DNA of 64,000 nucleotides from an uncultured Candidatus Rokubacteria bacterium (GCA_963771355.1 CAVYTA010000006.1:2048001-2112000), one strand, 5' to 3'. Shown: positions 1 to 10,195, counted from the stretch's first letter. Program-made: numbers and translations. Notes: generated by a model from the sequence alone, not told the origin.

Positions 1-2
1 AG

Positions 3-374
3 CGGGCCGCGCTGGGCATCGCCAAGCGGCTGGCCGAGATGGGCTTCAGCCTGGTGGCCACCGCGGGCACCGCCAAGCTGCTCACGCTGCAGGGCATGAC
101 GGTCGAGATGGTGCACAAGGTCGGGGAGGGCTACCGGCCCAATATCGTGGACCTCATGAAGCGGGACGAGATCGCGCTGGTCTTCAACACCCCGGAGGAC
201 GGCCGCGCGCGGCGCGACTCGTACCTGATCCGCCGCACCGCGGTCACCCAGAACATCCCCTACTACACCACGGTGGACGGCGCCCAGGCGGCCCTCGGCG
301 GCATCGAGGCCCTGCTCAAGGGAGAGATCTCCGTTCAGAGCCTGCAGGAGTACCATGCCGCCGCCCGTGCCTAG
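3..374 (+). CDS. carB: Carbamoyl-phosphate synthase large subunit, C-terminal MGS-like domain (5' partial)
   Basis: Motifs ATAGTA, RPNIVD, IRRTAV..IPYYTT and terminal SLQEYH; frame is open to the window edge; precedes pyrF. Confidence 0.93.
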   Translation, partial: RAALGIAKRLAEMGFSLVATAGTAKLLTLQGMTVEMVHKVGEGYRPNIVDLMKRDEIALVFNTPEDGRARRDSYLIRRTAVTQNIPYYTTVDGAQAALGGIEALLKGEISVQSLQEYHAAARA

Positions 375-1116
375 CGACCGCCTGCCCGCCGCGCAGCGTC
401 TACCCGCCGCGCAGCGTCTAATCGTCGCTCTCGACGTGGAGAGCCTGGCCCAGGCGGAAGCCCTCATGGACCGCCTCGACGGTCTCGTCATCCGTTACAA
501 GATCGGCTCCCAGCTCTTCACCGCCGCGGGCCCCGCCGCGGTGGAGGCGGTGCACAAGCGGGGCGCCGAGGTGTTCCTCGACCTCAAGTTCCACGACATC
601 CCGAACACCGTGGCGGGCGCGGCCCGTGAGGCCACGCGCGCCGGCGTCTTCATGTTCAACGTCCACGCCTCCGGCGGGCGCGCGATGATGCGGGCCGCGG
701 CGGAGGCGGCGAAGGCGGCCGCCGGCGAGCTCCGGGTGCGCCGGCCCCTCGTCATCGCGGTCACCGTCCTCACCAGCCTCGACCGCGCCACCCTGCACGG
801 CGAGCTGGGGGTGGCCTCCTCGGTGGAGGGGCACGTGCTCCGGCTCTGCGACCTCGCGCGCGAGGCCGGGCTGGACGGCAACGTCGCCTCGCCGCAGGAG
901 ATCGCCTCCATCCGGAACGCGCTGGGGCGCGACTGGGTCATCGTGACGCCGGGCGTGCGCCCGGCAGGAGCGGCGCCGGACGACCAGTCGCGCGTGGCCA
1001 CCCCGGCGGCGGCGGCCCGCGCGGGCGCGCACTATCTCGTGGTGGGCCGGCCGGTCACGGCGGCGCCGGAACCTGCCCGCGCGGCGGAGGCCATCCTGGC
1101 GGAGATGGGCGGATGA
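355..1116 (+). CDS. pyrF: Orotidine-5'-phosphate decarboxylase (start may be GTG 367)
   Basis: [43 protein letters not shown]. Confidence 0.97.
   Translation: MPPPVPSDRLPAAQRLPAAQRLIVALDVESLAQAEALMDRLDGLVIRYKIGSQLFTAAGPAAVEAVHKRGAEVFLDLKFHDIPNTVAGAAREATRAGVFMFNVHASGGRAMMRAAAEAAKAAAGELRVRRPLVIAVTVLTSLDRATLHGELGVASSVEGHVLRLCDLAREAGLDGNVASPQEIASIRNALGRDWVIVTPGVRPAGAAPDDQSRVATPAAAARAGAHYLVVGRPVTAAPEPARAAEAILAEMGG
385..420 (+). repeat. Perfect 18-bp tandem duplication in the pyrF 5' end (PAAQRL x2)
   Basis: cccgccgcgcagcgtcta at 385-402 and 403-420. Confidence 0.9.
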
Positions 1117-1727
1117 GTCCCACCGTCACCCATCGCGACCTCATCCAGCGCCTGTTCGAGATCGAGGCCCTCCAGTTCGGGGAGTTCACGCTGAAGTCGG
1201 GGATCCGGTCGCCCTTCTACGTGGACCTCCGCGTGGTCATCTCCCATCCCGACGTGCTCGCGCGCATCGGCGCGCTGATGGCGGAGGCGGTGGGCCACTG
1301 CCGCGCGGACCGGATCGCCGGCATCCCCTACGCGGGTTTACCGCTCGCGGTGGCGACCAGCCTCGCCGGCGGCGTCCCCCTCGTGTACCCCCGCCGCGAA
1401 TCGAAGGACTACGGCACCAAGCGGCGCATCGAGGGCGCCTTCACCCCCGGCGAGCACGTGGTGGTGATCGACGACATCATCACCGACGGGGCGAGCAAGT
1501 TCGAGGCGATCGAGCCGCTGGAGTCGGCGGGGCTGGTGGTGCGGGATCTCGTCATCCTCATCGACCGCGAGCAGGGGGGCCGCGAGCGCCTGGCGGAGAA
1601 GGGTTACACGCTGCACGCCATCCTGACCATCTCGCAGTGCTTCGACGAGCTGGCCCGCGTGGGCCTCGTCGAGGCCCCCGTCATCGAGCGCGCGCGCGAA
1701 TTCGTGCGAGTCGCCCGGTTCGCCTGA
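1113..1727 (+). CDS. pyrE: Orotate phosphoribosyltransferase
   Basis: [23 protein letters not shown] flexible loop, PRPP motif [14 protein letters not shown] overlap with pyrF. Confidence 0.95.
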   Translation: MSPTVTHRDLIQRLFEIEALQFGEFTLKSGIRSPFYVDLRVVISHPDVLARIGALMAEAVGHCRADRIAGIPYAGLPLAVATSLAGGVPLVYPRRESKDYGTKRRIEGAFTPGEHVVVIDDIITDGASKFEAIEPLESAGLVVRDLVILIDREQGGRERLAEKGYTLHAILTISQCFDELARVGLVEAPVIERAREFVRVARFA

Positions 1728-2254
1728 TGCTGCGGGGCCCGGATGCCGTCGGCGAGATCGTCCTCGACGCCGACGCCATCCGCGCCGAGGTCGCCCGGCT
1801 CGGCGCCCAGATCTCCGCCGACTACGCGGGCCGTCAGCCCCACCTCGTGGGCGTGCTCAAGGGCGCGGCGGTGTTCATCGCGGACCTCGCCCGGGCGCTG
1901 ACCATCCCCGCCACGCTCGACTTCATCTCCATCGTGCCCTATGCGCGGGCGAGCGTGTCCGGGGTGGTGCGGATCCGCAAGGACCTCGACGATCCCATCG
2001 AGGGGAAGGACGTCATCGTGGTGGAGGGCATCTGCGCGAGCGGGCTCAGCCTGTCCTATCTCCTGCGCAACTTCGAGACGCGCCGCCCCGCCTCCCTCCG
2101 TATCTGCGCTTTCCTCGTGAAGCAGCGGGCCCGGCCGGTGGAGGTGAAGGTGGACTACGCGGGGCGGGAGATCTCCGACGCCTTCGTGGTGGGCTACGGG
2201 CTGGACGCGGGCGAGCGGTACCGCAATCTCCCCTACGTCGCCCGCCTGCCCTAG
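1727..2254 (+). CDS. hpt: Hypoxanthine phosphoribosyltransferase-like protein with degenerate PRPP motif
   Basis: VGVLKGA, FVVGYGLD, YRNLPYV; ATG overlaps pyrE stop (TGATG); PRPP motif reads VEGICASG. Confidence 0.8.
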   Translation: MLRGPDAVGEIVLDADAIRAEVARLGAQISADYAGRQPHLVGVLKGAAVFIADLARALTIPATLDFISIVPYARASVSGVVRIRKDLDDPIEGKDVIVVEGICASGLSLSYLLRNFETRRPASLRICAFLVKQRARPVEVKVDYAGREISDAFVVGYGLDAGERYRNLPYVARLP

Positions 2255-3180
2255 CCGTTCCGGCGCAGCTTCGGGTCCCACGCGTCGCGCAGCGTGTCGC
2301 CGAAGAGGTTGAAGGCGAGCACCGCCAGGCTGATGGCGAGACCGGGGAAGATGGCCAGCCACGGCGCCTGCTCCATGAAGGCGCGGCCGGTGCTGCTCAG
2401 CATGAGCCCCCAGGACGGCGTGGGCGGCTGGGTGCCTACCCCGAGGAAGGACAGGGTGGCCTCGATGAGGATGGCATTGCCGAGCCAGATCGACGCGATG
2501 ATGAGGATGGGCGCGGTCACGTTGGGCAGGATGTGCCGCCCGAGGATGGAGAGGTGGCGGCAGCCCAGGGCCTGCGCGGCCTCCACGTAGCGGTTCTGCT
2601 TGGCGGACAGCACCGCGCCGCGGACGATCCGCGAGTTGCCGGGAACGATCACGATGGCGATGGCAATCATGGCATTGGTGGTGTTCGGCGTCAGCACGGA
2701 CACGATGGCCAGGGCGAGGATGAGCCCGGGAATGGCCTGGATCGCGTCCATGAGCCGCTGGAGGACGAGATCGAGACGCCCCTCGAAGTAGCCGCAGGCA
2801 AGCCCGATGAGCATGCCGGCCACGGTCCCGATTCCCACCGCCAGCAGCCCGACCCACAGTGAGATGCGGCTCCCGTGGATGATACGGCTCAAGACGTCGC
2901 GGCCGATGTCGTCGGTACCGAAGAGATGCACGCGGCTCGGCGCGGCCAGGCGGATCTCGGGGTGGGTTTCCAGCGGATCGTACGGTGCGAGGACGTCGGC
3001 GAACACCGCGGTGAGGACCAGCAACACGATGATGGCGCCGGAGGCGGCGCCGAGGGGCTTGCGCCGGAGTATGGCCCAGACCGACGGCCGGTGCGTCGTC
3101 GGCGCGGCCCCCACCTCCGGAATCGCGAGCGCGGGCGCGGCCACCGAGGTCACCGAGACGGAGGAGCGGTCGCCGTTCAC
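2251..3180 (-). CDS. Peptide/nickel ABC transporter permease (DppC/OppC family)
   Basis: FGTDDIGRDVLSR, YVEAAQALG EAA motif, HILPN, PSWG. Confidence 0.93.
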   Translation of the reverse strand: MNGDRSSVSVTSVAAPALAIPEVGAAPTTHRPSVWAILRRKPLGAASGAIIVLLVLTAVFADVLAPYDPLETHPEIRLAAPSRVHLFGTDDIGRDVLSRIIHGSRISLWVGLLAVGIGTVAGMLIGLACGYFEGRLDLVLQRLMDAIQAIPGLILALAIVSVLTPNTTNAMIAIAIVIVPGNSRIVRGAVLSAKQNRYVEAAQALGCRHLSILGRHILPNVTAPILIIASIWLGNAILIEATLSFLGVGTQPPTPSWGLMLSSTGRAFMEQAPWLAIFPGLAISLAVLAFNLFGDTLRDAWDPKLRRNG

Positions 3181-3192
3181 GCGGCCCCCGCC

Positions 3193-4143
3193 TCAGCTAT
3201 ACCGGATGCGCGGATCCAGCCACGCATAGGTCATGTCCACCAGGAGATTGAGGGTGACGAGGGTGCCCGCCACCAGCATCACGTTGGTCTGCACCACCGG
3301 GTAGTCGCGATAGGCGATGGCCTCGACGGTGAGCCGTCCCATGCCCGGCAGCGCGAAGATCGTCTCCACCACCACCGCTCCCGCCAGGAGCACGCCGAGC
3401 TGGCCGCCTATCACCGTCACCACCGGGATGAGCGCGTTCTTGAGCGCGTGCTTGTAGACCACGATGCGTCCCGCCAGGCCCTTGGCCCAGGCGGTGCGGA
3501 CATAGTCCTCGCGCAGCACCTCCAGCACGGTGGAGCGCGTCATGCGCATGGTCGCGGCAGCCAGGCGAAAGCCCAACACTGCGGCGGGCAGGAGGAATTG
3601 CTGGAGATTGCGCCACGGCGAGTCCCAGAAGCTCGTGTAGCCGATGGGCGGAATCCAGTGGAACCAGATGGCGGCGAAGGTGATCACCAGCGTGCCCAGC
3701 CAGAAGTCGGGCAGGGAGAGCCCGGACACCGCCACCATGCGGCCGGCGTAGTCGGACGCCGTGTCCTGCCGGGTGGCGGAGAGCACGCCGATGGGCACGG
3801 CAAGGGCGACCCCCAGCACCATGGCGAGAAGGGTCAGCTCGAGGGTGACGGGTATCGCCTTCTTCAGGCTGACCACGATGGGCTCGCCGGTGAACAGTGA
3901 GTCTCCGGGGGAAAGGCTCACCATCTGCCAGACCCAGACCAGGTACTGCTGGTGATAGGGGAGGTCGAGGCGCAGGTCCTTGCGGACCTTGGCCAGCTCC
4001 TTCTCGCCGATATTCCCGGACTCCGCCATCAGCGCGGTGAGCGCGTCGCCCGGCATGACGCGCATCAGCCCGAAGACGATCAGCGAGGAGAGGACGAGCA
4101 CCGGCACGGCCAGCAGCGCCCGGCGCAGCACGTACTTGTACAG
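3193..4143 (-). CDS. Peptide/nickel ABC transporter permease (DppB/OppB family); start CTG 4143 or GTG 4131
   Basis: PGD, EDYVRTAWAKGL, HALKNALIP, VETIFALPGMG, DPRIRY. Confidence 0.92.
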   Translation of the reverse strand: MYKYVLRRALLAVPVLVLSSLIVFGLMRVMPGDALTALMAESGNIGEKELAKVRKDLRLDLPYHQQYLVWVWQMVSLSPGDSLFTGEPIVVSLKKAIPVTLELTLLAMVLGVALAVPIGVLSATRQDTASDYAGRMVAVSGLSLPDFWLGTLVITFAAIWFHWIPPIGYTSFWDSPWRNLQQFLLPAAVLGFRLAAATMRMTRSTVLEVLREDYVRTAWAKGLAGRIVVYKHALKNALIPVVTVIGGQLGVLLAGAVVVETIFALPGMGRLTVEAIAYRDYPVVQTNVMLVAGTLVTLNLLVDMTYAWLDPRIRYS

Positions 4144-4168
4144 GGGCCGCCCCCTTGCGTCCCCGGCC

Positions 4169-5866
4169 CTACTTGTCGAGCCAGACCCTGGTCATGTGGG
4201 GAGAGCCGTAGCCGTCGCTACGCCGGAGGGCGATGGCCGCCCCGTTGCGCATGTGCGGCTGGAACACCAGGAAGCCGTTGTCGTAGGGCATCCACAGCCG
4301 CGCCACCTGGTCGAACTCCCGATCCACGATCCTCTTCGTGATGGCCCGCTGCTCTTTTGGGTCGGGCGTTTGCCGGAGCTTGGTGGATAGCTCGTCGATC
4401 TGGGGATCATTGACGCGGAAGAAGTTCTTGGTGGACTTGGAGTGCATGTACTGGTAGGTCCGTTCGTCGATGCCTACTGCGTGGCCCGACTGGAACCCCC
4501 ACGACAGCCCTTCCCACTTCAAGTCGGCATAGCGGCCGTAGTAGGTCGTGTAGTCCATCTTGGTGATCTTGACGTCGATATTGAGGTTCTTCTTGAGATC
4601 GGACTGCACGAGCTGGACCTGGGACGTCATCTGCGGGAAGTACTCGTAGTAGAACAGCGTGGTCGAGAAGCCGTTGGGGTGTCCCGCCTCGGCAAGGAGC
4701 TTCTTCGCTTCCGCCGGCTTGTACTGCCACCACGGGCCGAACTGGGCCGCCGTCGGCGGCTTGTCCTGGTAGTAGATGTAGGGGACGCCCCAGCCCAGGA
4801 TGCCGTGGCCCTCGAACACGGTGTCCACCTGCTTCTGCCGGTCGATGGCCATGGCGATGGCGCGGCGCACCCGCACGTCGTTGAAGGGCGGCTTGTCCTG
4901 CGCCATCGCCACGCCGAACGGCGTCAGCGTGTTGTGATAGGACTGCGCGACGAGGTTGGGGTTGGTCTTGCGGAGCACCTCGACCTCGGAGGGGCTCGCC
5001 ACGTGGATGAAGTCGGCCTGGCCGGTGCGAAATGCCGCGGTGCGGGTGGCCGCGTCGGGCGTGGACAGGATGATGTACTCGTCCACGTACGGCCGGCCCT
5101 TGTCGAAGTAGTCGGGGTTGCGCGCCAGGAGGACGCGCACCTTGCGGGTGTGCTCCTTGAGGATGAAGGGCCCGGTGCCGATGAGGCGCTTCTTGAGGTC
5201 GCCGTCCTCCTCCAGCACCTCGCGGGAGAAGATCACCGCGATGGGCTCGGCCAGGGCCTGCGGCACGAATACGTTCGGGGTCTGCATGTGGAGTCGGACC
5301 GTATACTTGTCCGGCGTCTCGATCCCCTCGATCTCCTTGAAGTTGAACGTCTGCACGCCTTCCTTGGCATACGCCTCGAAGCAGTACTTGATGTCGGCGG
5401 AGGTGAGCTCGCGCCCGTTGAGCGGCGGCACGTTCTGCCACTTCACGCCCTGGCGCAGCTTGAAGGTCCAGATGCGGTGGTCCGGACTGGCCGACCACGA
5501 CTCCGCGAGGTCGCCCTTGAGCCCCATGTCGCCGGGGCCGCTGGCCTCGTCGGGGAAGGTGTATCGGACGAGGCGATTGCTGGTGAGGCCCGCGAACTGG
5601 TAGAGCCCAACCGACTGCGTCATCCGGGGATCGAGCATCGGCGGATCCCACGGGGACGCTCGCGTGAGCGTCCCGCCCCGCTTGGGTGGCTTGGTGCTGG
5701 CCGGAATCCATTCGGGATAGGATCCGGTTTGCGCCGCGGCGCGGCGGCGGGGAGCGGCCAGCGCGAGGGCACCCACTCCCACCCCGCTCCAGCCGGCGCG
5801 GCGGAGGAACTGCCGGCGACTTACCTGGCTCGAGTCAACCTTCTGACCCCGATTCTTGGTCGACAT
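4169..5866 (-). CDS. ABC substrate-binding protein, family 5, Tat-exported
   Basis: Tat motif SRRQFL; FKLRQGVKW, GTGPF, PFNDVRVRRAI; GGAGGAG RBS upstream of ATG 5866. Confidence 0.92.
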   Translation of the reverse strand: MSTKNRGQKVDSSQVSRRQFLRRAGWSGVGVGALALAAPRRRAAAQTGSYPEWIPASTKPPKRGGTLTRASPWDPPMLDPRMTQSVGLYQFAGLTSNRLVRYTFPDEASGPGDMGLKGDLAESWSASPDHRIWTFKLRQGVKWQNVPPLNGRELTSADIKYCFEAYAKEGVQTFNFKEIEGIETPDKYTVRLHMQTPNVFVPQALAEPIAVIFSREVLEEDGDLKKRLIGTGPFILKEHTRKVRVLLARNPDYFDKGRPYVDEYIILSTPDAATRTAAFRTGQADFIHVASPSEVEVLRKTNPNLVAQSYHNTLTPFGVAMAQDKPPFNDVRVRRAIAMAIDRQKQVDTVFEGHGILGWGVPYIYYQDKPPTAAQFGPWWQYKPAEAKKLLAEAGHPNGFSTTLFYYEYFPQMTSQVQLVQSDLKKNLNIDVKITKMDYTTYYGRYADLKWEGLSWGFQSGHAVGIDERTYQYMHSKSTKNFFRVNDPQIDELSTKLRQTPDPKEQRAITKRIVDREFDQVARLWMPYDNGFLVFQPHMRNGAAIALRRSDGYGSPHMTRVWLDK

Positions 5867-5995
5867 CCTGGCTCTCCTCCCTGATCCGGTCGCGAAGGGA
5901 GACGCACTGGGCGAAGCCACGCCGAGCGGACGGAGCGGACGGAACCAGCTTCAGGTCACGAGTCGCGGCGAAATTCCCATAGGCGTCCCACGTTG

Positions 5996-7396
5996 TCAAG
6001 CGGGCCGGTGCTCGTCGGCGGTGATGGCGTACTGACGCATCTTGGCGTGTAGCGTCTTGTAGTCGGTCTTGAGCAGGCGGGCCGCCGCGCTCTTGTTGCC
6101 CCGGCTCGCGCGCAGGGCCTCGCGGATGGCCTGCTGCTCGGCCTCGGCGGCGCCCAGCTCGGCCAGCTCGCGGAGGGACAGGCCGCCGGCGGACGAGCGC
6201 GGCGCGCCCGTCTCCGCGCGGCGCCCGCGCGGCCAGAGGTGATCGGGCTCCACCTCGTCCTCGCAGCGCACGACCGCGCGGCGGATCACGTCACGCAGCT
6301 CCCGCACGTTGCCGGGCCAGGCGTGGGCGAGGAGGAGCTGCCAGGCGGCCTCCGAGATGCCCCGCACCGGCCGGCCGCGCTCCATGGCGGTATCCTCGGC
6401 GAAGCGACGCGCCAGCACCATGATGTCCTCGCGCCGCGCGCGCAGCGGCGGCACCGTCACCCGCGTCTCGCCCAGGACCGCGGCCAGGTCCTGCCGGAGG
6501 CGCCCCGCGCGCACCTCGCTCTCGAAGGGAGCGCGCGCGGCCGCGATCACGCGCGCGGTCACCGGAAAGGCGTGGGAGCCGCCGCCCAGCGGTTGGGTCT
6601 GCCCTTCGCGCAGGGCCCGCAGCAGCCGCGTCTGGGCCGGCGCCGGCAGCGCGGTCAGCTCGTCGAGGAAAAGCGTGCCGCCGGCGGCCCGAGCCAGCAG
6701 CCCCTCGCGGCCCTCGGTGCCGCGCCCCGCGCCCGGGTCCCAGCCGAACAGCTCGGGCTCTGCCTGCGATTCCGCCGTCGCGGCGCAGTCGAGGGTGATG
6801 AAGGGCCGGCCGCGCCGCGGGCTCTCCTCGTGGATGACGCGCGCCACCAGCTCCTTGCCCGTCCCCGGCTCGCCCTCGATGGTGAGATGGTCCGACGACT
6901 CGGCGGCGGCGAGGCACTGGGCGATGAGTCGCGTCACTTCCGCGCTGGGCCCCATGAGGCGGCGCAGCGAGCCCACCGGGCCCGACTCGCGCTCGAGCTC
7001 CTCCACGCGCGCGACGAGGCGCCGCCGCTCCAGCGCGCGTTGCACGGTGAGAACGAGCTCGTCCTTCACGAAGGGCTTGGTCAGGTAGTCATAGGCCCCG
7101 AGGCGCATGGCCTCCACCGCCTTGGGGATCTCGACGTACGCGGTGAGGATGATGACGCTGGCGTCGGGGTCCACTCCGCGAATCTCCCCCAGCGACTCCA
7201 TGCCGCCCATGCGAGGCATGGCGAGATCGAGGAGCACGACCGAGGGCCGCTCCCGACGATACGCCTCGGCGGCGGCGGCGCCGTCCTCGACGCTGACCAC
7301 CCGCCACCCCTCCGCGGCGAAGATGTCCACGAGCAGCGAGCGCATCTCGGGCTCGTCGTCGACCACGAGGAGGGTGGTTCCGCGCGTATCCGGCAT
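5996..7396 (-). CDS. NtrC-family response regulator (REC-AAA-HTH) with degenerate GAFTGA loop
   Basis: VVDDE, LLDLAMP, YLTKP; GEPGTGKE, LFLDEL, WPGNVREL; GNKSAAARLL HTH. Confidence 0.9.
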   Translation of the reverse strand: MPDTRGTTLLVVDDEPEMRSLLVDIFAAEGWRVVSVEDGAAAAEAYRRERPSVVLLDLAMPRMGGMESLGEIRGVDPDASVIILTAYVEIPKAVEAMRLGAYDYLTKPFVKDELVLTVQRALERRRLVARVEELERESGPVGSLRRLMGPSAEVTRLIAQCLAAAESSDHLTIEGEPGTGKELVARVIHEESPRRGRPFITLDCAATAESQAEPELFGWDPGAGRGTEGREGLLARAAGGTLFLDELTALPAPAQTRLLRALREGQTQPLGGGSHAFPVTARVIAAARAPFESEVRAGRLRQDLAAVLGETRVTVPPLRARREDIMVLARRFAEDTAMERGRPVRGISEAAWQLLLAHAWPGNVRELRDVIRRAVVRCEDEVEPDHLWPRGRRAETGAPRSSAGGLSLRELAELGAAEAEQQAIREALRASRGNKSAAARLLKTDYKTLHAKMRQYAITADEHRPA

Positions 7397-7454
7397 GGTC
7401 CGAGCGTACCGCGGCGGGGACGGGTGCGCGAGCCCGTCCCCGCCCCGGAGGACG

Positions 7455-9632
7455 TCAGGCCTTCTGCTGAATGGCGCGGAGGACGCGGTCGGGCTGCAGC
7501 GGCACCTGCCGGACCCGCGCGCCGGTGGCGGCGAAAATGGCGTTGGACAGCGCGGGCGCAATGGTGGTCGCGCCGGGCTCACCCACGCCGGTGGGATACT
7601 CGGTGCTCTGGACGACGTGTACCTCGACGACGTCGGGCAAGTCGCTCATGCGGAGGACCTGGTAGGTGTCGAAGTTCTTCTGCTCCAGCGCGCCCTTGGC
7701 GACGGTGCCCTTCTCCTTGAGCGAGCTGGAGAGGCCGAAGAGGAGCGAGCCTTCCACCTGGGAGCGGACGCCGTCGGGATTCACGACGATGCCGCAGTCC
7801 ACCGCGCAGATGATCTTCTCGACCTTGACATTGCCGGTGGCGGGCTCCACCCGCGCCTGGATGACGGTGGCGGTCCAGGTCGGGGTCTTCTTCTCCTGGG
7901 CGGACACGCAGGCGACTCCTCGGCCCACGTTCGCCGGCAGCGGCGTGCCCCAGCCCGACCGCTCCGCCACGACGCGCAGCACGTTGGCCAGCCGCGGCGC
8001 CCCGCCGAGCATGTCGAGCCGATACTTGACCGGATCGACTTTCGCGAGATTGGCCAGCTCGTCCATCATGGTCTCGACGGCGAAGAAGGTATAGTTCGGC
8101 GCCACCGCGCGCACGTAGCCCACCGAGATGCCCGTCTCCGCCCGCACCCCGCGCACCACCTGGTCGGGGATGTCGTAGACGTGGTCGGCCCCGTTGAGCG
8201 CGAAGTCGTCGAGGCCCTGCTTGTTGAGGAAGTCCGGACCCCAGCGGCCCCCGGGGTGTCCGGCCACCACGGTGGCGTCCCAGGAGATCACCTTGCCGGA
8301 GCCGTCGAGCCCGGCCTTGACGACCTGATAGGTGGCGGAGCGATACACATCCCTCTGGAGATCTTCTTCACGCGAGCGGATGAGCTTGATGGGTCGGCCC
8401 GCCTCGCGGGCGATGAGGGCCGCCTCGAGCATGATGTCGGGCTCGAGCCGCCGCCCGAACCCGCCCCCGAGATAGTGCTGGTGGATGCGGATATTGGCCG
8501 GCGGCACCTTGAGGGTGGCGGCCAGCAGCCCGACCGCCATGGTCTGGAACTGGCTGCCGGTGTAGAGATCGTAGACGCCGTTCTTCACGGAGGCGAGGCA
8601 GTTCATCGGCTCCATCTGCATGTGGGCGACGTAGTCGGTCATGAACGTCGCCTGGTGGGTGCGCGCGGGCTGGCCCGCCCCCGGGCTCCCGGCCTTGTGC
8701 CACTCGATGCCGGCCCCGGGATCGGCGGCCTTGCGCGCGTAGTCGGCGAAGATCGTCTCGGAGCTGACGTTGGCGTTCGGGCCCAGGTCCCAGGTGATCT
8801 TGAGCGCGTCACGCCCCTTCACCGCCGCCGAGTACGACGTCGCGACCACCGCCACCATGTCGGGCAGCCTCACCGTCTTCAGATAGCCCGGCACCTTCTT
8901 GGCGGCGCTGTCGTCCACCGCGGTGGGCTTGCCGCCCTCGCGGGTGGGCGGGTAGGCGATCTTGGCGTAGGCCATGCCGGGCAGGAACGTGTCGATGCCG
9001 AACTTGGCCCGCCCGTTGGTCTTCTCGGGTATATCGAGCCGCTGGATCCACTGCCCGATCACCTTGTACTCGGCGGGCTTCTTGAGCGTGATCTTCTTGA
9101 GGTCGTCCTCGGTGAACGTCTTGGTGATGGGCGTCTTGGCCACGATCTCGCCGTAGGTCAGGGTGCGGCCCGTGGGCAGGTGCCGCACCGCGCTCCTCGA
9201 GGCCGAACACTCGCTCGCCGGCACTTTCCACGAGCCGGCAGCGGCCTCGATCAGCGCCATTCGGGCGGCGGCGGCCCCGCGCGAGAGGCTGTCGAACGTC
9301 CAGTTGATACTCCAGCTTCCGCCCGTGAGCATGAGGCCGTACTTGGGATCGGCGACCGGGTAGTCGATCCGCATGTCTTTCCAGTCGGTTTCCAGCTCCT
9401 CGGCCACCACCTGGGCGAGCGCGGTACCCACTCCCTGCCCCATCTCCGCCTTCAGGACGTGGACGGTGACGAGCCCGTCCGGCGTGATGGTGATGAAGGC
9501 GTTGGGCTCGAACTTCGCGGCCGCCTCCACGATGCCGCCTCGCCCGGCGGGGATGGTGAAGTAGACGACGAGGCCGGCGCCCGCGGCCGCGCCGCTCTTG
9601 AGGAAGTCCCGGCGATCGAGGGGGGTGGTCAT
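7455..9632 (-). CDS. Xanthine dehydrogenase-family molybdopterin subunit (IorB-like), Tat-exported
   Basis: DRRDFLK Tat motif; EMGQG, TGGSWS, MEPMN, GGGFGRR, GVGEP. Confidence 0.92.
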   Translation of the reverse strand: MTTPLDRRDFLKSGAAAGAGLVVYFTIPAGRGGIVEAAAKFEPNAFITITPDGLVTVHVLKAEMGQGVGTALAQVVAEELETDWKDMRIDYPVADPKYGLMLTGGSWSINWTFDSLSRGAAAARMALIEAAAGSWKVPASECSASRSAVRHLPTGRTLTYGEIVAKTPITKTFTEDDLKKITLKKPAEYKVIGQWIQRLDIPEKTNGRAKFGIDTFLPGMAYAKIAYPPTREGGKPTAVDDSAAKKVPGYLKTVRLPDMVAVVATSYSAAVKGRDALKITWDLGPNANVSSETIFADYARKAADPGAGIEWHKAGSPGAGQPARTHQATFMTDYVAHMQMEPMNCLASVKNGVYDLYTGSQFQTMAVGLLAATLKVPPANIRIHQHYLGGGFGRRLEPDIMLEAALIAREAGRPIKLIRSREEDLQRDVYRSATYQVVKAGLDGSGKVISWDATVVAGHPGGRWGPDFLNKQGLDDFALNGADHVYDIPDQVVRGVRAETGISVGYVRAVAPNYTFFAVETMMDELANLAKVDPVKYRLDMLGGAPRLANVLRVVAERSGWGTPLPANVGRGVACVSAQEKKTPTWTATVIQARVEPATGNVKVEKIICAVDCGIVVNPDGVRSQVEGSLLFGLSSSLKEKGTVAKGALEQKNFDTYQVLRMSDLPDVVEVHVVQSTEYPTGVGEPGATTIAPALSNAIFAATGARVRQVPLQPDRVLRAIQQKA

Positions 9633-9634
9633 GG

Positions 9635-10090
9635 CTAGGCCCCTCCCTTCGCCGCGCGCCGGATCGCGCGCTTGATGCGGAGATAGGTGGCGCAGCGGCA
9701 GATATTGCCCGACATGTGGGCCACGATCTCGTCATCGCTGGGATTGGGGTTCTTGGCCAGCAGCGCGGCCGCCTGCATGATTTGACCCGACTGGCAGTAC
9801 CCGCACTGGGGCACCTGCTCGGCGATCCACGCCACCTGTAACGGGTGCTGGCCCTGGGGGTGCAGCCCCTCGATCGTCGTGATCTTCTTGCCCGTCGCCA
9901 CCGAGATCGGAATCTGGCAGGAGCGTACGGGGCTGCCGTCGAGATGCACGGTACAGGCTCCGCATTGCGCCAGCCCGCAGCCGAACTTGGTGCCGGTGAG
10001 CTGGAGGTGCTCGCGGATCACCCAGAGCAGCGGAGTGTCGGCGGGGACGTTGACGGTGTAGGGCTTCCCATTGACGGTCAGCGTGGCCAT
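9635..10090 (-). CDS. 2Fe-2S subunit (IorA/CoxS-like)
   Basis: [25 protein letters not shown]. Confidence 0.95.
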   Translation of the reverse strand: MATLTVNGKPYTVNVPADTPLLWVIREHLQLTGTKFGCGLAQCGACTVHLDGSPVRSCQIPISVATGKKITTIEGLHPQGQHPLQVAWIAEQVPQCGYCQSGQIMQAAALLAKNPNPSDDEIVAHMSGNICRCATYLRIKRAIRRAAKGGA

Positions 10091-10145
10091 ATGCCCTCCC
10101 TGCGGCGATGGAGTGAGGGAACCGACCCGGGTGTTGACTGCGGCG

Positions 10146-10175
10146 ACTCTAGGCGCGGTCCACGCGCGCTGTCAA
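10146..10175 (-). promoter_or_regulatory. Putative sigma70 promoter for the iorAB-like genes
   Basis: TTGACA-N18-TAGAGT on minus strand, ~55 bp upstream of ATG 10090. Confidence 0.5.
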
Positions 10176-10195
10176 GGGCGGCGGAATCGCGCCGC

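Noticed and set aside
7107..9638. Long antisense or alternate-frame ORFs (also 56571-58739, 20997-22829, 4442-5884 and others)
   Set aside because: Shadow ORFs of GC-rich genes; no motifs, and they overlap well-supported CDSs.
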